A DNA stretch of 64,000 nucleotides from Lingula anatina (lineage: Eukaryota > Animalia > Brachiopoda), in assembly GCA_051362555.1 (NCBI GenBank), contig CM120643.1, positions 6,510,001 to 6,574,000 on the forward strand, written 5' to 3'. Position 1 is the first letter of the stretch. Each line of letters opens with the position of its first letter. Shown piece after piece: positions 1 to 12,887 of the stretch. A model generated the notes under the pieces. The model saw only the letters and a program-made list of their open reading frames with translations, had not been told where the DNA came from and searched no databases. The translations under genes were made by a program, and so were the position numbers.

Positions 1-360
1 TTGTTAAAAATACATTAATATCCACAATGTGTGCCATTCTGGGCTTTTCGTTATCCGACGCACTGTACAAAAACTCGCAACTTATGTCTGTGTCTGCATT
101 AATGCGTTTCGCGCCATATGTTATTTTGGTCTCGAATGAACGCGAGAATCCGCGTGACACCATTACGTCATTAGCAACGAATGCCTTGATGACCGGGAAG
201 AAAAGGCATCGAAAGCCCTATTGACAAGCACAGATTTTAGTTTTACTACAATAACGGCCGTTTTAGTGGTAAAATACAATAGAATATATTTTCATGCGTT
301 GTTTACAATGTTTTTCATGCGGAATTTTGAATCTCAAAGGAAGAGTTATTATTGCTTTAA
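1..360. mobile_element. Right end of a Kolobok-like non-autonomous DNA transposon
   Basis: Ends in gaagagttattattgct+TTAA, the near reverse complement of the left end TTAA+agggataataactcttc at ~47864. The internal stretch 250-312 resembles 57383-57443 of the complete copy. Confidence 0.5.
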
Positions 361-575
361 AACAATTTAATGGGAATTCATTTACCACATTTTAAAATGT
401 AAACACACAGATGGACTTTAGGGGGAGACTCTAGCTGACACAAAAACACTTAGTTCAAATTCACTGTTCAGTGATCTATATCTTTGAATGGGTCTTCTAC
501 TATGTTAAATAATGTATTGAATTCTTGTTGTGCACAGGTATGAAATGTTTAATTTGTTTTCCTGTCTTTCTTCAG

Positions 576-1133
576 TCAGAATCAATGACACAACAACTGT
601 GAAAGCAGACGTGAAGGAGAGAGGTAAGACAGTAGGACCAATAGAATAGTAGGGTCAAAATTTATTACGCTGATTGAATGTGATTGTGCATGTACACGCA
701 CGTGCACACACACTAACACACACACTCCTTATGTTGTGCCAACACAGTTTGCTACTGCTTGTTGTTGCACAAAATCGACAAACACATTTTTCAAAGCAAC
801 TGCGTCCGCCATTTACTTTCTAACTTCCTACTGCACATGCGTCAAGGTATAAGAATCTCCTCCGAGTGCAGCTGAGAATTAATTACAGCTTTGGAAGTAA
901 TTCGCTCGCTCTGCTAGTTAATTACGCAGCGGGGTATTCAGGGCACAGACCGTGATCACTAGATACCGCCAATAGATTTTTAGATTTTTAGAAAATAGAT
1001 TTTTCATGTGAACGGTCCCTTAGTGAGTAATATTGTCTTATACATTTCAGCTCGAAAGGACCACCGCCAATCTAGATGGAGGAGGGTATTAAATCTGTTC
1101 ACGTCTTGCTTCAGACGCAGGCCAAGAACATAA
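576..1133 (+). CDS. Partial small spliced gene: 48-nt exon (VRINDTTTVKADVKER) joined to a terminal exon (ARKDHRQSRWRRVLNLFTSCFRRRPRT*)
   Basis: Exon 576-623 is bounded by ttcttcag and gtaaga. Exon 1051-1133 follows catttcag, is phase-1 compatible, and is followed by AATAAA at ~1169. No 5' exon was identified. Confidence 0.35.
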
Positions 1134-1327
1134 ATGGTTATTATTGTTATTATGATAATTATTTATTAAATAAATCTCATCACTTCAGACATTTAGAAAT
1201 AAGGAAAATTCAGAAGTACTTTTAATAGAATAGATTTATTATATATTTACAAAAAGATTTTTTGTTTGTCTCTTTGTTTTAATGGTATCATAGCTAAGTA
1301 AGCTTTGTTTTTTAGAGGAAAAATTTG

Positions 1328-1540
1328 ACTGCATTCCCATAGATTTAGATCAATCCATATAGAACGACCTAACTCCCTGGGGGTTCATGCTAAATTGCAG
1401 TCAGCCGAGCGCGCACGGTAGTTAATTACCCCCTTACAGCTTTTAGTAGGCGGGACAGACATTTAAGCCCGCTAAGCTGACAGTAATCCAGTGAGACTCC
1501 CCACAGGGATAGATAGATCTAAAATCTGTAGGAATGGGGT
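1328..1540. mobile_element. Small MITE with ~26-bp imperfect terminal inverted repeats
   Basis: gactgcattcccatagatttagatc pairs with gatctaaaatctgtaggaatggggtc, and both ends are flanked by ttt. Confidence 0.5.
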
Positions 1541-1917
1541 CTTTGTCTAACAGCTGGTAAAACTGCACATGAAAGCAGGAATTATATGATAGCAGCCAGG
1601 AGCTGGTGGTTGTAGACTTACTGTTAACATCTTTTTACAACTGATAGATTATATTATATATTTCAATATTTTCATCTTTAATTTTTCAGAGTCGTCAGTG
1701 CAGAACCATTTAATGCCTCAGTAGCAGCCACTTAAAAAACTTCAAAATGTCATTCTCTTAATTTCAAAATAAAATATAAATTTTGTGCATTTTGTTTTTC
1801 TTTCTTTTCTTAAATGAGGATACCATTGGGGAGGGGTGATCAAAGTTCATGGGAAATAAAATCATCAATTCAAAAATTTACTAGTCACGAGAAGTGCTTC
1901 ACGGATCACCCAAAGTA

Positions 1918-2300
1918 AATGGTGGTTACAGTGGAGGAATACGAAAAAACTATGTTATTGACGCTGCCAGTAAAATAACGAGAGATCTCCCCCAACTGGA
2001 TGATATCTTGGAAGACAGAATGGAGAAAACAACAAGACAATTAAATTATGGGGATCCCACCCATTCAGCAAATTCTTTTTTTTTTTAATTGTTACCAAGC
2101 AGTAGCAAACTTTTGACACACAAGGGCAGTAAATGTTTTTTTAAGTAGTTTTTGCCTCTCTGCAGTATCTAATATTAATTCTTCTTTTTAGCCTAGTTTG
2201 TAAATATTATAATGTCCAGTTCTTTATTTAGTTTGACCTCTCAAATGAAAACAATTTATGATATTTATATTTTGATATTCTTATTGGCTGAATAAATTAC
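1918..2300 (+). mobile_element. Degenerate 3' fragment of a Rex/Babar-like LINE
   Basis: Translates to YSGG..AASKITRDLPQLDDI..DPTHSANSFF, typical of the Rex1/Babar/L2-group ORF2 C-terminus. Homologous to 6742-7045 and 29960-30330. Confidence 0.7.
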
Positions 2301-2515
2301 ATCTTATTTCACTTGGTGGAAAAAAACAACAAAAACATAAAATGCCCTTTACTGGACTTTTATTGGTAGACGCGTCCACAGCTGCCGTAAGCTTACAATA
2401 ATCATTACAATACAAATCACTTCTCACACACATTTCTCAAAAACATACCCAGATATATCTTTGGATATTTGATATCCTTATTGTGAACAAGTATGGTTTC
2501 CATTTTTTTCTTTAG

Positions 2516-2668
2516 TTGATGCCAAAGACACAAAAACTGTGACAGAGGACGTGAAGGAGAGAGGTAAGACAGCAGGGTCAATATAATAGGAATCTATTTA
2601 TTACACTGATGGAATGTGATTGTGCATGTGTGCACACACACTCCTTACGTTGTACCAACACAGTTTGT
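2516..2668 (+). repeat. Diverged duplicate of the 576-750 micro-exon and intron start (48-nt exon 2516-2563, VDAKDTKTVTEDVKER)
   Basis: Shares gacgtgaaggagagag|gtaagacag and the downstream intron sequence with 576-750. AG and GT are retained and the exon length is identical. Confidence 0.7.
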
Positions 2669-3336
2669 GCTTTTTCCAAGTTTAAAATGATACTTGGCAA
2701 GTTTGTTTATTCTTAACAGTGTTCATGTGTCATTGCACCTTCATACATAAAGATTATGTTCCACTGATGGCCTATTGAAGGTTATATATTATTGCATCTC
2801 ATAATGCCCCCTTTCTGGCCAATTTTAATTAATTATATGTGATATTCAGTAAGTGATGGCAGCATTAATATGTATTCAGTTAACTAGAAGAGCGCTGTAT
2901 CTACCTTCAAATAATAGTTTTACAATTTCATGTGCATGTAATCCAAATTTTCTATTTGTTCTTCAGTAATTCACATCCAAACTCTCCAAAACTCTACATT
3001 AATTTCAAAGATACAATGCCATCCAGTCCCTGTTAAATACCAGTGAAATGCAAACAAATACCTGGGTTTTTGGTATCAAAAATGCTACACAAAGCAACCC
3101 AAAAGGAATATTAAAACTCTTAACAGATTTAGATGCATTTCTTTTTTTTCGTTAACTGTATTTATAAGACCTCATTTGCATTTAAACTATATAATGTACC
3201 GTAATGTACATTTCTTTAATTCTCCGGAATAAGAATTACTCAATAATAGTGTTTGTAAAAGCAGAAACTAGGTAAAATACTTAATGGTTCAACATTTTTA
3301 AAGACTAAAAACTGAAGGACAAAAGTAGACACCTTA

Positions 3337-5966
3337 TTATCTGTTGTTAAAATACTGAACATATGCTTCCCTTATGGCTTTGGCATCGTACTGTCTCATG
3401 TCATGTCCTGGTTGGTATCCGTTATGATTTCGATCTTCCTCCACCAAGTCCATCCACTCCTGGTCAAAGCCTTCATTGTGAACCATGACAACATTATGCA
3501 GTGTTAAGCATGCCAGGATGAGCACTGGCACAAATTCAGTTTCAAAATCTAGCCTGTGTTGAAGTATCTGCCATTTCCCTTTACATCTACCCAAACATCC
3601 CTCAATGCACATTCTTCCTCGAGTGTGGCAATAGTTGAAGTTCTTTTGAGCTTGAGTAAGTACATCAAAGTCTGAAAATGCTTTTAACAGCCAAGGTTTG
3701 AGGGGATAGGCAGGGTCACCTATAATCAAAATGGGCACTTCTACTCCATTTATCAGTCGACTTGACGGGGGGAATAAAGTCCCACTTTCTGCCTTTTGAA
3801 AGATGCTTGACTGTGCTAATACTTGTGCATCTTGCACTTGTCCTGGCCAGCCTGATACCACATGCAAGACTCTTAGTTCATGATCACATATCACCTGTAA
3901 CGGAAAGTTGAAAAAATATACAAAATGTGACAAAACTAAAATAATATAATAATAAATGCTGCTTCTAAAATCTAGTGAAAAAAAAAGCCACATATAAATT
4001 AGAGCTGAACTCAACCTCCCAACATTTGAACACACTCCAAGACTATGAAGTTCTAATAACACAACTTAGCACCACCAAAAAGTGTTGTAAAGTAATGAGG
4101 ATATTTTTCATGTGTATTTGTAAGAGGGGTGGGAGTGGAATAGGTTAACTGTACTTATTGGACACCTTTTGGCTATTAAAGAACCAAGGATCCTAGAGAG
4201 AATCATGCACGCTGTATATTTATTCTCCTTTACCTGACTAACAATGGAATAAAAACATTTCTGGTTGTAGTAATCAGTCTTGTTTTGGCTTGGAGCAATA
4301 ATGGGCACGTGTGTTCCATCAATAGCCCCTGCACATTGTGGAACACCCCATTTGGCCTCAAATCCCTCCACAATATTTTGTAGTCTTCTCCCACTGGGCA
4401 TCTGAATGAATTTAGGAGAAAGATGGGTGGCTATGGCCTGCACAGTTTCTTGGAAAATGGTGCAGGCTGAAGACATTCCAATTCCAAACAAATGCGCAAT
4501 GCTTCTGTATTCCATACCAGAGCCACATATCCACAGAGTCACTGCAACCCTGAGTTCTACTGAATAACACCTACAAAAAGCATAAATTTGAGCTGTTATT
4601 GCAAAATATTAATACATAATGGCAATTCCACAGTCTTGGTTATGAATATAAAAATACTTAGCCTTACAATTTTCAATAACGACAGCAATTATCCATAATA
4701 TTTTCCCACATTAGTTGTATTACTGTTAAATGCTACAGACATTTTTATGAATAATCTCCAACTTGGGAATTGCAAAATTTTGTAAACAAAAAATTTGGAA
4801 CTTTATTTTGCACAAATGCAAAATCGGTCATATGTTTTTCATACAACAATAACGTAACATGACTGTATAATTGCATGCTATTTGTCATTAGCATTTAGAT
4901 CAACAAGAAGACACCACAGTAATTTTTTTTTTTTTTTGCAAACATGAGCAATCATATACAGTAAATGCATTCCTCCTCTTTATATTATCCCACAAGAATG
5001 TGCTGCCACTTACTTTCTGTGGGAGTTTTTCTCCAGAAAAGGTCTAAGTTCATGGCAAAGATACTGGAATGTTGTTCTTTTCATACAAAAATTTTCCATC
5101 CAATCTCCATCCGTAAAAGTCCGATTCACAATATGTTCCCACCAGTGGCTTGATCTAAAATGTAAATTTTGAATTTTATGTCAAGAAAAACAAACCCAGT
5201 TTTTACGATACAGACAACACCTTTAGACGTTCCTTCATCGAGGTAAAGAAATTTTAATTACCTATAAAAATATTTTAACTGTGCAAAATAAGACAAAAGT
5301 AAATACTAAATGCGATAATAATGTGCAAAAAATAATAAATGTGAAAAGTATGAAAATCTAAAGTCTGGAAAGTGATCCACCAGGGGTATTGGCATGAAGT
5401 GATTTAAATGTACCTGTGCTAAGATACAGTGGACAGTAGCAGTTATTTAAAATACACCGATTCTAGTTAATTAAAAATCTGGGTCCCGTACCTCGAAAAG
5501 CATCGCGTTTTGCGAATAGCGATATCACACAGGCTACAGTATTCTGGGTCGAGCATGTAATGGGCGAATTATGGAATCGAGACTCAGACGTTTGGTTTCA
5601 CTTTTTTTATTCTAGTTTTTGAAGCAAATTTTATTCGCTCACCAAAACAAATCAAATGACGCATGTCACCTACTTTTCTTTCATCCAAACAGTTCGATCA
5701 AGCGTGGGGAACAAGGCAAACATCAGCATAAGAACGAACTGCGCCCTCTGACGAGACTGTATACGCAAAAATTCTGCCATCCTCCTCCTCCATCTACTGG
5801 GGCTGGGTATCTTCGTGAACATCTCCGTGAATATCTCTGGTGACATTATCTCCGTAGATAGCCGATTCATTGCTACTCTACGGGCCAATTCATTCCTTTT
5901 TCGTCTCTGTTTTGAAAGATAATAGAACAGAAGAGCTTTTTTCCTTCGATCACCTCCAGCCGCCAT
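3337..5966 (-). CDS. PIF/Harbinger DDE transposase (HARBI1-like, DDE_Tnp_4), 4 exons, ~442 aa
   Basis: Exons 5674-5966, 5014-5154, 4234-4570 and 3337-3894 have GT-AG introns and consistent phases (2,2,0), giving an open frame. Motifs: WMENFCMKRTTF, GAIDGTH, GDPAYP, RMCIEGCLGRCKGKW, ACLTLHN. An alternative ATG lies at 5999. Confidence 0.88.
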
Positions 5967-6040
5967 GCTTTCTTCACCTCGAGTTTGTTTGATGAGCATG
6001 CGCACTTAATATTTCTCAGGTAGCTTCCGCATGGCGAATA

Positions 6041-6457
6041 GAGCCGAGATTTAATGACTGTACCCCCGCTGGGACGACGCGTGGGGATTCGTGTCAAAGG
6101 TGGAGAGACTATTAAAAGATTAGGCGGTTTTTCTTTCATGTACGTCCGCCATATTTAGTTCGTGGATTTGTAGAGCTATGGCTCAACTCGTTGACTGCAT
6201 TCTCAACGAATTGAGCCAGGCTTTACAAATCCTAAGAATGAATCGACTATCTACGGAGATAATATCACCAGAGATATTCACGGATATGTTCGGAGCCGAG
6301 ATTTAATTACTGTAGGCTTACTCCTCAGGGACGACGTGTGGGGAGGTGTGTGAGAGGCGGAGAGACTATTAAAAGATTAGGCGGTTTTTCTTTCATGTAC
6401 GTCCGCCATTTTTAGTTCTCAGGATTTGTAAAGCCTGGCTCAATTCGTTGAGAATGC
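6041..6457. repeat. Direct duplication (6041-6193 / 6293-6452) enclosing two inverted templated segments
   Basis: 6197-6238 is the reverse complement of 6416-6457. 6238-6291 is the reverse complement of ~5817-5870 in transposase exon 1. Confidence 0.85.
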
Positions 6458-6741
6458 GGCCGTTGTGAATGCGGTCATACTCACACATAGTAGGCCTACC
6501 CTACCATACGGTGCAATTACTGATAACTTCACTTTCGGTTTTATATTCCAGTATGTTCATGTTTAAATACAGTAGATATATAGTTCAAACTCCTAGGAAT
6601 TAACATGAAAACTAAACTTGCTTTAATAGACAAAAACGGCTTTCTAGATCACTGGCAACTTTTACAGATAATGAGCCCGATTAACTTGTTTTAATTGATT
6701 TTTATACGTGTAATATTGAGAGTATTTAACGTTTTATTCAT

Positions 6742-7045
6742 CTGTTGGCTACAGTGGAGGAACGAGGAAAACACCCCAAGGCAACGTCATTAACACTGCA
6801 AGTAAAATAATTAGAAGAGATCTCCCCCAACTGGATGGTATCATCAAAGACAATGGAAAAAACAACAAAACGAATTATGGAGATCCCACCCATCCAGTAA
6901 GCTCTTTTTAAATTCTTACCCAGTAATAGTAGACTGTTGACTTTAAAGGACAGTAAACGGTTTTAAGTAGTTTTTTTCTCTACAGGATTAAATATTAATT
7001 CCATTTTTAGGCTTAATTCATAAATATTTTAATGGCCAGTGTTTT
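6742..7045 (+). mobile_element. Degenerate 3' fragment of a Rex/Babar-like LINE
   Basis: Direct similarity to 1918-2300 and 29960-30330 (tacagtggagga...agagatctcccccaactgga...gatcccacccat). Confidence 0.7.
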
Positions 7046-7619
7046 AGTTTTTTATATCGGCACATGAATCAATAAGATACCAAACAACTTTCATGGAAAA
7101 TAAACTGAAATTAAATCTGGAGACTCCTTTATCTATTAGCATTTCGCATTTACGTGACATCTCGGCACGTTCGTCTTCATCACCATCATACTTCCGTCGC
7201 AGTCCGAAACGCGAAATTCAAACAGTGCATATCAAAACCGTAAATAGGAGTCCTTACGTAGGAAACATCGCGCTAGAGGACGGGTTTTATTAAGGCATTT
7301 TTGTTAGCGGTATTGTCACTAATTTAGAGAATCGTGAACAAATCTGGATGACTCTATCTATAACAAAGCAATTGTTACCTAAAAATCATATACAAGAAAA
7401 AATAATGAAAAGAACGAAGGCAGAATAATTTTTAAATTAAAAATGGAATCTGAACAACAAATACAGCTTCAAGCAAATGAAATTGAATATAGAAAATCAA
7501 ACTCATGATTTTGACTTATGCATTACATTACAATTTATTTTAAAACAATATCGCTACCTTGTCAATGCATGGAAGGACTGCGTGAAAACGACATACACCC
7601 TCCCCTACACATACACTAA

Positions 7620-7625
<6 letters not shown>

Positions 7626-7669
<44 letters not shown>
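7626..7669. repeat. (AG)n microsatellite
   Basis: About 22 perfect AG units. Confidence 0.95.
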
Positions 7670-7674
<5 letters not shown>

Positions 7675-8082
7675 CAATAATGGGGGGGCAATTAAATCAA
7701 ATGCCTTTTCCCCGTTGCCAACGCTCTCAAATCAGGTCTTTTATCCAAAAAATGTTTTATTGTATAAAATACAACGTACCGGTATATAATACCACAGACT
7801 TCGGTCGAATGATGTAGCTGTGGGCATGAACCCAAAATATGATATAGCACTATCAACAATGAAATGTATTTTCTTGAAAAAAGAACTGTCACATTAGGAT
7901 TAACCCAGCCCCCCCCACCCCACCCCCACCACCACCAATACGCCCCCTTTCTATTGATACTATACAAACTCAGCGTGTGTAAGAGTGTGAAAACTATGTG
8001 AAAGTAGATCAAAAGTTCACGGATAGGATATGCCACGTAAAAGGTTCTTAGGGGAGTTCGGTCATCTCCTTTTGCTTTCTTT

Positions 8083-8116
<34 letters not shown>

Positions 8117-9779
8117 TTTTGAGAAGAAATATTAGTGTCCTTCATTCCACTTAGTAAATATAAATGCAGATAAGCCGATTTTCTTTCCTTTATAATTCGT
8201 CAGATGTAATAAAATACAATATTTCCTTAAAAACCTTTACCCCCTTTTGTGAATGCAATGCGTCGTCTGCAGAGCTCAGCGTCTGCCACCACGCTGGATG
8301 ATTCTCGCTTCCCGGGAGCTGAACAGTTAATGCGGTCTGAAAATTTTTAGGGAGAGTCACATGAAATAGAGAAGGACCGTGGCATCTACAAAGTTTTACA
8401 TGGTGAAGCTTGAGTTGTGGGCTAGTTTTACTCTTTTCTTTTAAATAGGCAATATACTCTACCTTTCAGTAACTCTATGATACCAAAATATTTTTCTGGC
8501 ATCTTGATACATTTTTCCCTTCTGTCTCCCCCTAAAACGGTCCACACTAAAAAAAAAATCAATAATCGTATGGCAATTTTATACAGGCAATTGACCTACT
8601 TTTATACCCATGCAGCTATCAACGAGTTTTATGGCTGTGGGGTGAAAACGTAACACATGTCTGTGATATAAAAGTTATTTCTAATTATATAATTTACAAA
8701 CTATGCGTGTGGTTCAAAAGCGTTCCGATTTGTGAGCAAAAGGGTAAAATTACTTTTTGAAAACAATGAAAAAATTGGAGATAGGTCAAAATCAGAAAAA
8801 AATGCATTTTTTCTCTTATATGCAAATTAGGTCCCCTGAAGTAATATATGACTGGCCGGAAGTGATGTTCACATCAGAGATTTGTAATGGTGATGATCTT
8901 GATGACTTTGATAATCTTAATGGTGATAAAAAAAAATCTTACCAAATTTTTCAGTTGTCGTCTGGCGAAAAAGAAATTTTCTGCAATAACACAATCATTT
9001 CACGAGCGAAGAATAATTAGTGCACCCGCCTCAGAGATGCGCTGCAGTAGTCACGGCTTTTGGGTCAAAATCGCACGCGATATTGGTTATATTTACGATG
9101 TATAGGTTAAAAAAATTGCGTGTCTAATGTTTCCATTTTGAATGCATTTCTATTTATTTGTGTTCGAGAAGGGTGAATTCAATTAGGATTTTTTTTCTCT
9201 CTCTCTCTCTCTCTCTTGCTTTTTTCTTTTTTTTTTAAAGCGAATATTAAGGAGAAAGCCGAGTGAAAAAAATCCATAACAATCAAAATATTCAGAAGTA
9301 AGAACATTTCAGAGATAAAAGTTTTGTTGGCCACTATAGTTCCTCTTCGTAGAGGTTCACAGGAATATTTTAAGACAACTTGTAATCGTACATGTAGGCC
9401 TATATACTGATAATCATCAAATAACGCGCTTCTGAATTATGTTCGTGATGCGCAAATAAATTTCACTCGAACTGAATACCACCTTGACTTGTGCCACATA
9501 TTTCTAAATTTAAAATAAAACAAGAAAAGTTGAAAAATGGAATAAACTTTGAGTTTTTTTTCTATAAACATCGCAAAAAGTATAGATCTATATGTAATAC
9601 CCGTGAAATGTCAGAATTGTATTTTCCTGTAAAGCTCTCTTTTGGAAGAAGGGAAGGAAAAAAGAGTTTCACATCGATAGCTGAATGTAAAAAAAAACAT
9701 TATGTTAATTCTAAGTCACCGCTGTAATCATATCATATCATAAGTTAGTCGGAGTTAGTTGGGGTTAGTACATGGGACG

Positions 9780-9990
9780 CAGGGGCAGATCCAGGATTAT
9801 TTGAAGGTGGGAAGTTGACCCTCCCCCACCCTCTTTGGCGTGGGTTTAGGGGCCCGCTGAAGGGCCCTGAAAAAATTTGGTATTTTAGAGGGCGAACAGT
9901 GCCATTTGGTAGGGTTTAGAACTATGATTGAGCTAATCAAAATTCTAATTTCAGGAGCCCCCCCCCCCCCCCTATAGGATATCTATGGTT
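9780..9990. mobile_element. GC-rich MITE of the CAGGGGCRGATCCAGGA family
   Basis: The same terminus and internal tggtattttagagggcgaacagtgc occur at 17061-17265. The terminus also occurs at 25933, and there is a reversed relative at 38601-38860. Confidence 0.6.
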
Positions 9991-11212
9991 TGTTTTTTTG
10001 TTTCATTTAAATCATCCATATTAGAGTAATTAGAGTATCGTGTTTCTTTCCTTTTTTGATAATAGCTAGTGCCATGAAAGGTAAAAAAAAAAAAGGTATC
10101 CAGACAGTACAGATAGTTGAAGGAGCTTCATGTCAGATCTTTTATATGTTCTTTACCAGTACTTACTCCATTGAAAATGGATTTTGTAAATTATACATGC
10201 CATTTCAAAAATATGTTTATATGAGTTACCACTGAGAAAGGAAAATGCCGTACATAATTGTTACTAAAGTCAGATGAAAATACAACTTTTGATTTCCAGT
10301 TAATGTGAACAGTGATCTTGGTCACTGATCTAAACATGTTTATGACATAATTTTTTCTAATTGAAATGCAATAAAGAACTGTAAAAGACTAGAAATTGTA
10401 TTGTTGTAATAAAAAAATGCAGATACCTTACAGAGAGCAACAGATGGGAATAGATTTTGATTATACTGTATGAAATAAAAAGTCTGATGAAGAGGTGTTA
10501 GGATAGGACTTTATTTATTTATTTATTTATTTATTTTTTGAATGAATGTTTATGTTGATGGTTGATATAACATAATCAGGTATAAAGTATAGAATATATT
10601 TCAGTCTGTTTATTAAATTGTTCAACCAACTGGGTTTTTCATAGGATTTCCATAGCTTGACTACTTTTTTAAAACGAAAGATTGGTTTTATTCAAATTCG
10701 AAATAAACTTAAACAAGCATAATTTGTCATGATTATCCATGAAACTTTTGTCTTCTTTTGCAAACTTGTATTCTAATATCTAAAAACATGAGGGTCAGTA
10801 AAAGAAAAAGAAAATTCAGAAAATACTCACAAGGCAGATTTTATTATCACAAATCATTGAAGTTATTTTTAAAAAATGTCTATTTGAAAGTGAATGAGAT
10901 CATAAATGGCAGTATTTATTAATAAAAAAAGGAGATTCTGATCACATTATTTGCGCTGTTGCAATGTATTAAATAGTAAGGCAGTATGTTTGTCTATAAA
11001 AACACTTCTAATCCATAAAAAATTTAAAAGGACAAAGTTCAATACAAAATATTTTCATGATTTTTAATATTTTTCTTTAAATCATAAACATGGCATAGTT
11101 CTGCAATGGGGATATGAGACCTCCATGAGTCTGTTTGATAAAAGTTCTTGCACTATTTCTGGAATTATATCACTTAGTAAAAGGTTCCACTGGCAACAGA
11201 GCACTGAGTTTT

Positions 11213-12849
11213 TTAAAACTTAACAAGCTGTGTCTTCTCCTGCCTGTGAGCATCCTCTCTAGCCTCATTTGCTGAGAAAAGTATGCAGTGAAGATACACA
11301 CAAACTGCCTTCAGTGTCTGGAACACAAACAAGTCCTCCACCAGTGCCACTCCTACCAGAGCAGCCCAGTTGTACACAGCACTGTCACTCAGCTCTCTGC
11401 CATACACAATGCTGAGATATACTGCCATAGCCATAGAGATGCCCAGCAAAATGAATGCTGGATAGATCAAAAAGTGGGGCAACTTTCCGTCGTGTTTTCT
11501 GTTGACCATCATCTCCAGTGACTTCAGCTCAGTGTATGGCACCTCATCTGATGGTTCTGGAACAGATTGTGTAGAAATGAATTATTTCCAAAAGTATGTG
11601 GAAGTTTAACTACAAACTGAAGAAGGCTAATATTACCTCTGCTTAACACCATAATCACTGTTTTAATTATGATAAGGGCAACGAAGCTTGAAATCAATGC
11701 TCTAAATATCTTCAAAATGTAAGCTGAAGCAGGATAATATGAAAATGCATTATCCTTTTTTTATATATATTCATTCTTTTTAAAAATAATTTACTGAAAT
11801 GACAGACATTGATGATACCAAAATGGACAATTACCTTCCCAAATATTAACTGCTACATCATGTGCATTGTCTTTCCTCTTGCTGTTGTCTAAAATTGCAT
11901 TAAACAAAGGAAATGTAAAGGGAAATATAAAAAGTTATTTGTTTGAGCCATATATTGCTACTGTTGAACATTAATTAGGAAACAGTAAATCAAAATTTTA
12001 GGATGTTACATCTTTTCTACGCTATCAAAAAGGATTAAAAAACATCATCATATAGACATGTCTACAGCATAATATAATGACATACTATTATATATATATA
12101 TATATATATATATGATTACCTGGGATGAGAAAACTTGGGTTGAAGTGAGCAATGAGACTGTAAAAAGATGAAACATCTGCATTTCTGTAGCTGGAAATCT
12201 TCCCAGCATGGGATTTTGGGATTTCTGCCTGCATCTCCTTTTGCATATTTGAGTTTAGCCTAGGGTTGTTAGGAGGAGGAGCATATGTGTAGCTGGGTGT
12301 TTTCTGAAATATTGAAAATCATCCAATAATTGATTCTGCTGACTGGTTAATATAGTCAAAATATTCCACAGATGGGGACATTTGTTCTGGTGGTGGTTTG
12401 ATGTTGCACTATAATACCTCAATATGAGTATAATGTCTTTTTATGTTCTGGTATATACATATGTGCTTATAAGTCAAGCCAAATATATTGTCAAACATTA
12501 CAGAAATGATACAAGTGTCTGTTTTTAATTACAAGAAGGCAATACATGTATGTCTCAAAGGCAATCCATGATATCTGTACAGGCACATACATGCATGCAC
12601 AAACTAAAAATAGAAAAAAAGTAATAAATACCCCTTTCTTGTTGTCCACATCTCCCATGGCAACCATATCTTCCTTGACAACCAAATTTTCCTTGACAAC
12701 CATTTCTTCAATCTGTGCCATAGCCTGGTGTTCAACAGTTGCACGTGCCAAATCATAGTCCTTCTCAAAGTCATAAGCCACCTGTTTCATCATGGTCTCC
12801 ACACTTCCATGCACAACTTGTTGGAACCCATCACTGATTGTGCAACTGC

Positions 12850-12887
<38 letters not shown>

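Noticed and set aside
4108-4542. Separate or frameshifted transposase ORFs (pseudogene)
   Set aside because: Canonical introns join them into one intact frame.
5873-6139. 88-aa ORF as the Harbinger Myb/SANT partner
   Set aside because: There is no Trp-spaced Myb/trihelix pattern and it overlaps transposase exon 1 in another frame.
8250-9130. Possible gene or element in a moderately CpG-rich stretch
   Set aside because: No coherent exons, TIR pair or protein motif could be supported.
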